DNA from: Chthonomonadales bacterium
GTDB taxonomy: Bacteria; Armatimonadota; Chthonomonadetes; Chthonomonadales; CAJBBX01
Assembly: GCA_037443035.1 (NCBI GenBank)
Contig: JBBIPC010000008.1
Span: forward strand, 73,426 to 137,425
DNA: 64,000 nucleotides
Direction of reading: 5' to 3'
A program made the position numbers and the translations under genes. Shown here in pieces: positions 61,190-64,000 of this stretch (position 1 is its first letter; the number at the start of each line of letters is the position of its first letter). The notes beneath the pieces were generated by a model that saw only the letters and a program-made list of their open reading frames with translations, had not been told where the DNA came from and searched no databases.

Positions 61190-62563
61190 ATGCTTCGTTC
61201 CGCGGTCATCCTTGCGGCGGGTTCGGGACGGCGTATGTGGCCGTTCGCAACCGTTCGTAATAAGTGTGCCATGCCCGTAGCGAACACCCCCAACATCCGG
61301 TGGCAGGTCGAGACACTGCGGAGTATCGGTGTAGACCGGATCGCGATAGCGACCGGGCACAACTCGCCAAGCATTCGGCATGCTCTACAGGGTCTAGATG
61401 CCGATCCCAGGTACGTAACGACAAGCCCCGAGATGGGTACCGCTGGTGCGGCACGGGAGGCATGGCGTGTTCTAGATGAGACAGGTCCGACCATCCTGCT
61501 CTATGGAGATGTTGTCATGCCGCCTGATACGCTGAGGCGGTTCACCGAGGAGTGGGGAGAGACCGGTGCGGATGGAGCAGTGCTCTATGACGAGGTGAAC
61601 CCTGTCGAGGGTGGTGACTGGCATAGCGTCGTATATTCGTCCGGACGCCTCGACCGGATCGTCGGCCACGAGGCAGGGGCAAGGGCACGATGGTGCGGCG
61701 CGGCGATCGTCGGCGCCTCCTTCGCGAGAACTCTCGAAAGCAACCCAGGACGCATGCTGACCGTGCCGGTGGGCGGCATGCCACCCATGGAGCCGGATCT
61801 GGCGCAGAGCCTGAACGACTGGCCGGCGGAGGTGGCAGCGATTCGCGCGGGCGGCTTCGTCGTGGACATGGACAAGCCATGGCATGTACTGGAGGCCAAC
61901 GCCCGCATGGCGGCCTGGTTGACTGACCGGCTGGAGGAAGACTCGTTGGCACCGACTGCTCGCATCGAAGACGGGGCGGATGTCCACGGGCATATCGTTC
62001 TCGGCGAGGGGTCCTCCATCGGAAAGAGGGTCGTCGTGGATGGGAATCTTGTCGTGGGACACAACACAACGATCACCAACGGAGCCATACTCCAAGGCGG
62101 CAATGTGATCGGTGACGCCTCGTCGGTGCGGGATTACTGTCTCGTCAACGCTCGGGCAGTGGTGGGCTCCAACTGCGTCGTGGGACACGGCGCGGAGATA
62201 GACGGCGTCATGTTCGACGGGAGCTACCTCTACCATTACTGTGAGATCAGCGGCCTTGTGGGCGCGTCTGTGGACATCGGTGCTGCGACGGTGTGCGGCA
62301 CGCTTCGGTTCGACGACGGTAACGCCGAGCATCGCGTTCGCGGACGTCGAGAACGTCCACTCGTGGAGGCTAACGCCACCTACTTCGGTGATCATTCACG
62401 GACCGGAGTGAACGTGATCACCATGCCTGGCGTGAAGATCGGTGTCTACTCGTGCGTGGGCGCTGGCATCGTCGTGTACGAGGACGTCCCGGATCGGACG
62501 CTCTGCCTACTCAGACAGGACGTCATGACCCGCCCATGGGGACCGGAACGGTACGGCTGGTGA
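61190..62563 (+). CDS. GlmU-like sugar-1-phosphate nucleotidyltransferase with a left-handed beta-helix
   Basis: AVILAAG.G.RMWP...K, GTA, YGD; hexapeptide repeats; GAATVCGTLRFD. Confidence 0.85.
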   Translation: MLRSAVILAAGSGRRMWPFATVRNKCAMPVANTPNIRWQVETLRSIGVDRIAIATGHNSPSIRHALQGLDADPRYVTTSPEMGTAGAAREAWRVLDETGPTILLYGDVVMPPDTLRRFTEEWGETGADGAVLYDEVNPVEGGDWHSVVYSSGRLDRIVGHEAGARARWCGAAIVGASFARTLESNPGRMLTVPVGGMPPMEPDLAQSLNDWPAEVAAIRAGGFVVDMDKPWHVLEANARMAAWLTDRLEEDSLAPTARIEDGADVHGHIVLGEGSSIGKRVVVDGNLVVGHNTTITNGAILQGGNVIGDASSVRDYCLVNARAVVGSNCVVGHGAEIDGVMFDGSYLYHYCEISGLVGASVDIGAATVCGTLRFDDGNAEHRVRGRRERPLVEANATYFGDHSRTGVNVITMPGVKIGVYSCVGAGIVVYEDVPDRTLCLLRQDVMTRPWGPERYGW

Positions 62564-62579
62564 TTTCATCCGCAGACTG

Positions 62580-62639
62580 TTGACATTCCCCGACGAATCT
62601 CAGTATTCTTTATTAGCACTCTCGACCGGCGAGTGCTAA
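62580..62639 (+). promoter_or_regulatory. groESL promoter with a CIRCE (HrcA operator)
   Basis: TTGACA-N18-TATTCT (62580-62609); perfect TTAGCACTC-N9-GAGTGCTAA at 62613-62639. Confidence 0.97.
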
Positions 62640-62686
62640 TCGCCATCCGGCACTGCGCCGGCAAACTGAGCTTCGGAGGTGGTTGT

Positions 62687-62974
62687 ATGCGTTTGCGACC
62701 TCTCGCAACCAAAGTCGTGGTGGAGCCGGCCGAGAAGGAGGAGAAGACCCCTGGCGGGATTGTCCTCCCTGACACGGCCAAGCAGAAGCCTGTGGAGGGC
62801 AAGGTCATCGCCGTGGGCAGCGGCCGCACGCTGGATGACGGAACCGTTGTTCCACTGAACGTGAAGGAAGGCCAGACGGTCATCTACTCCAAGTACGGCG
62901 GCACGGAGATCAAGCTGGAGGGCAAGGAGTACGTCATCCTCGACGAGGACCAGATCTACGCGATCAAGGAGTAG
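62687..62974 (+). CDS. groES: Co-chaperonin GroES
   Basis: [44 protein letters not shown]. Confidence 0.98.
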   Translation: MRLRPLATKVVVEPAEKEEKTPGGIVLPDTAKQKPVEGKVIAVGSGRTLDDGTVVPLNVKEGQTVIYSKYGGTEIKLEGKEYVILDEDQIYAIKE

Positions 62975-63023
62975 TGGGTTCGCCAGATCGCAGGAAGGTG
63001 AACACCAGTCATCCCACTGTTAG

Positions 63024-64000
<977 letters not shown>

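Overview
A GC-rich bacterial chromosomal window with no phage, IS, CRISPR, rRNA or tRNA recognisable by eye. The gene content suggests Armatimonadota or a related Terrabacteria lineage, but this is inference only. From left to right it contains: (1) a dcw cluster (PBP fragment, murE, mraY, murD, ftsW, murG, murC, ftsQ, DUF881, DUF1290, ftsA) ending in two tandem ftsZ paralogues; (2) three antisense GT-B glycosyltransferases; (3) rpmE-DUF1385-prfA-prmC followed by an ABC ATPase, a CPBP protease and a TPR lipoprotein; (4) an orphan CHASE4/PAS histidine kinase and a rhamnulokinase-like kinase; (5) a Met/Gln-rich secreted protein behind a long, strongly self-complementary leader; (6) a sugar-catabolic region with D-lyxose isomerase, a corrinoid reactivator, two UroD/MtaA-family proteins, three Tat-exported Gfo/Idh/MocA dehydrogenases, DUF1080 and a PmoA-like protein; (7) an 11.4 kb eight-gene minus-strand operon; (8) nrdR-nrdJ with tandem NrdR boxes; (9) a Cys-tailed MarR with a cysteine desulfurase, an RpoD-like sigma factor with altered -10-recognition residues, and a GlmU-like protein; (10) CIRCE-groES-groEL (partial). 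The best candidate for an undescribed system is the operon at 41294-52711. It combines a giant degenerate-M28-peptidase/FtsX-permease fusion, an OPT-like membrane protein, two H-X9-DG-type proteins, a tandem-domain protein, a stand-alone PqqD/RRE protein, a mini FtsX permease and an ABC ATPase. All family calls are from motif recognition; no database searches were run.
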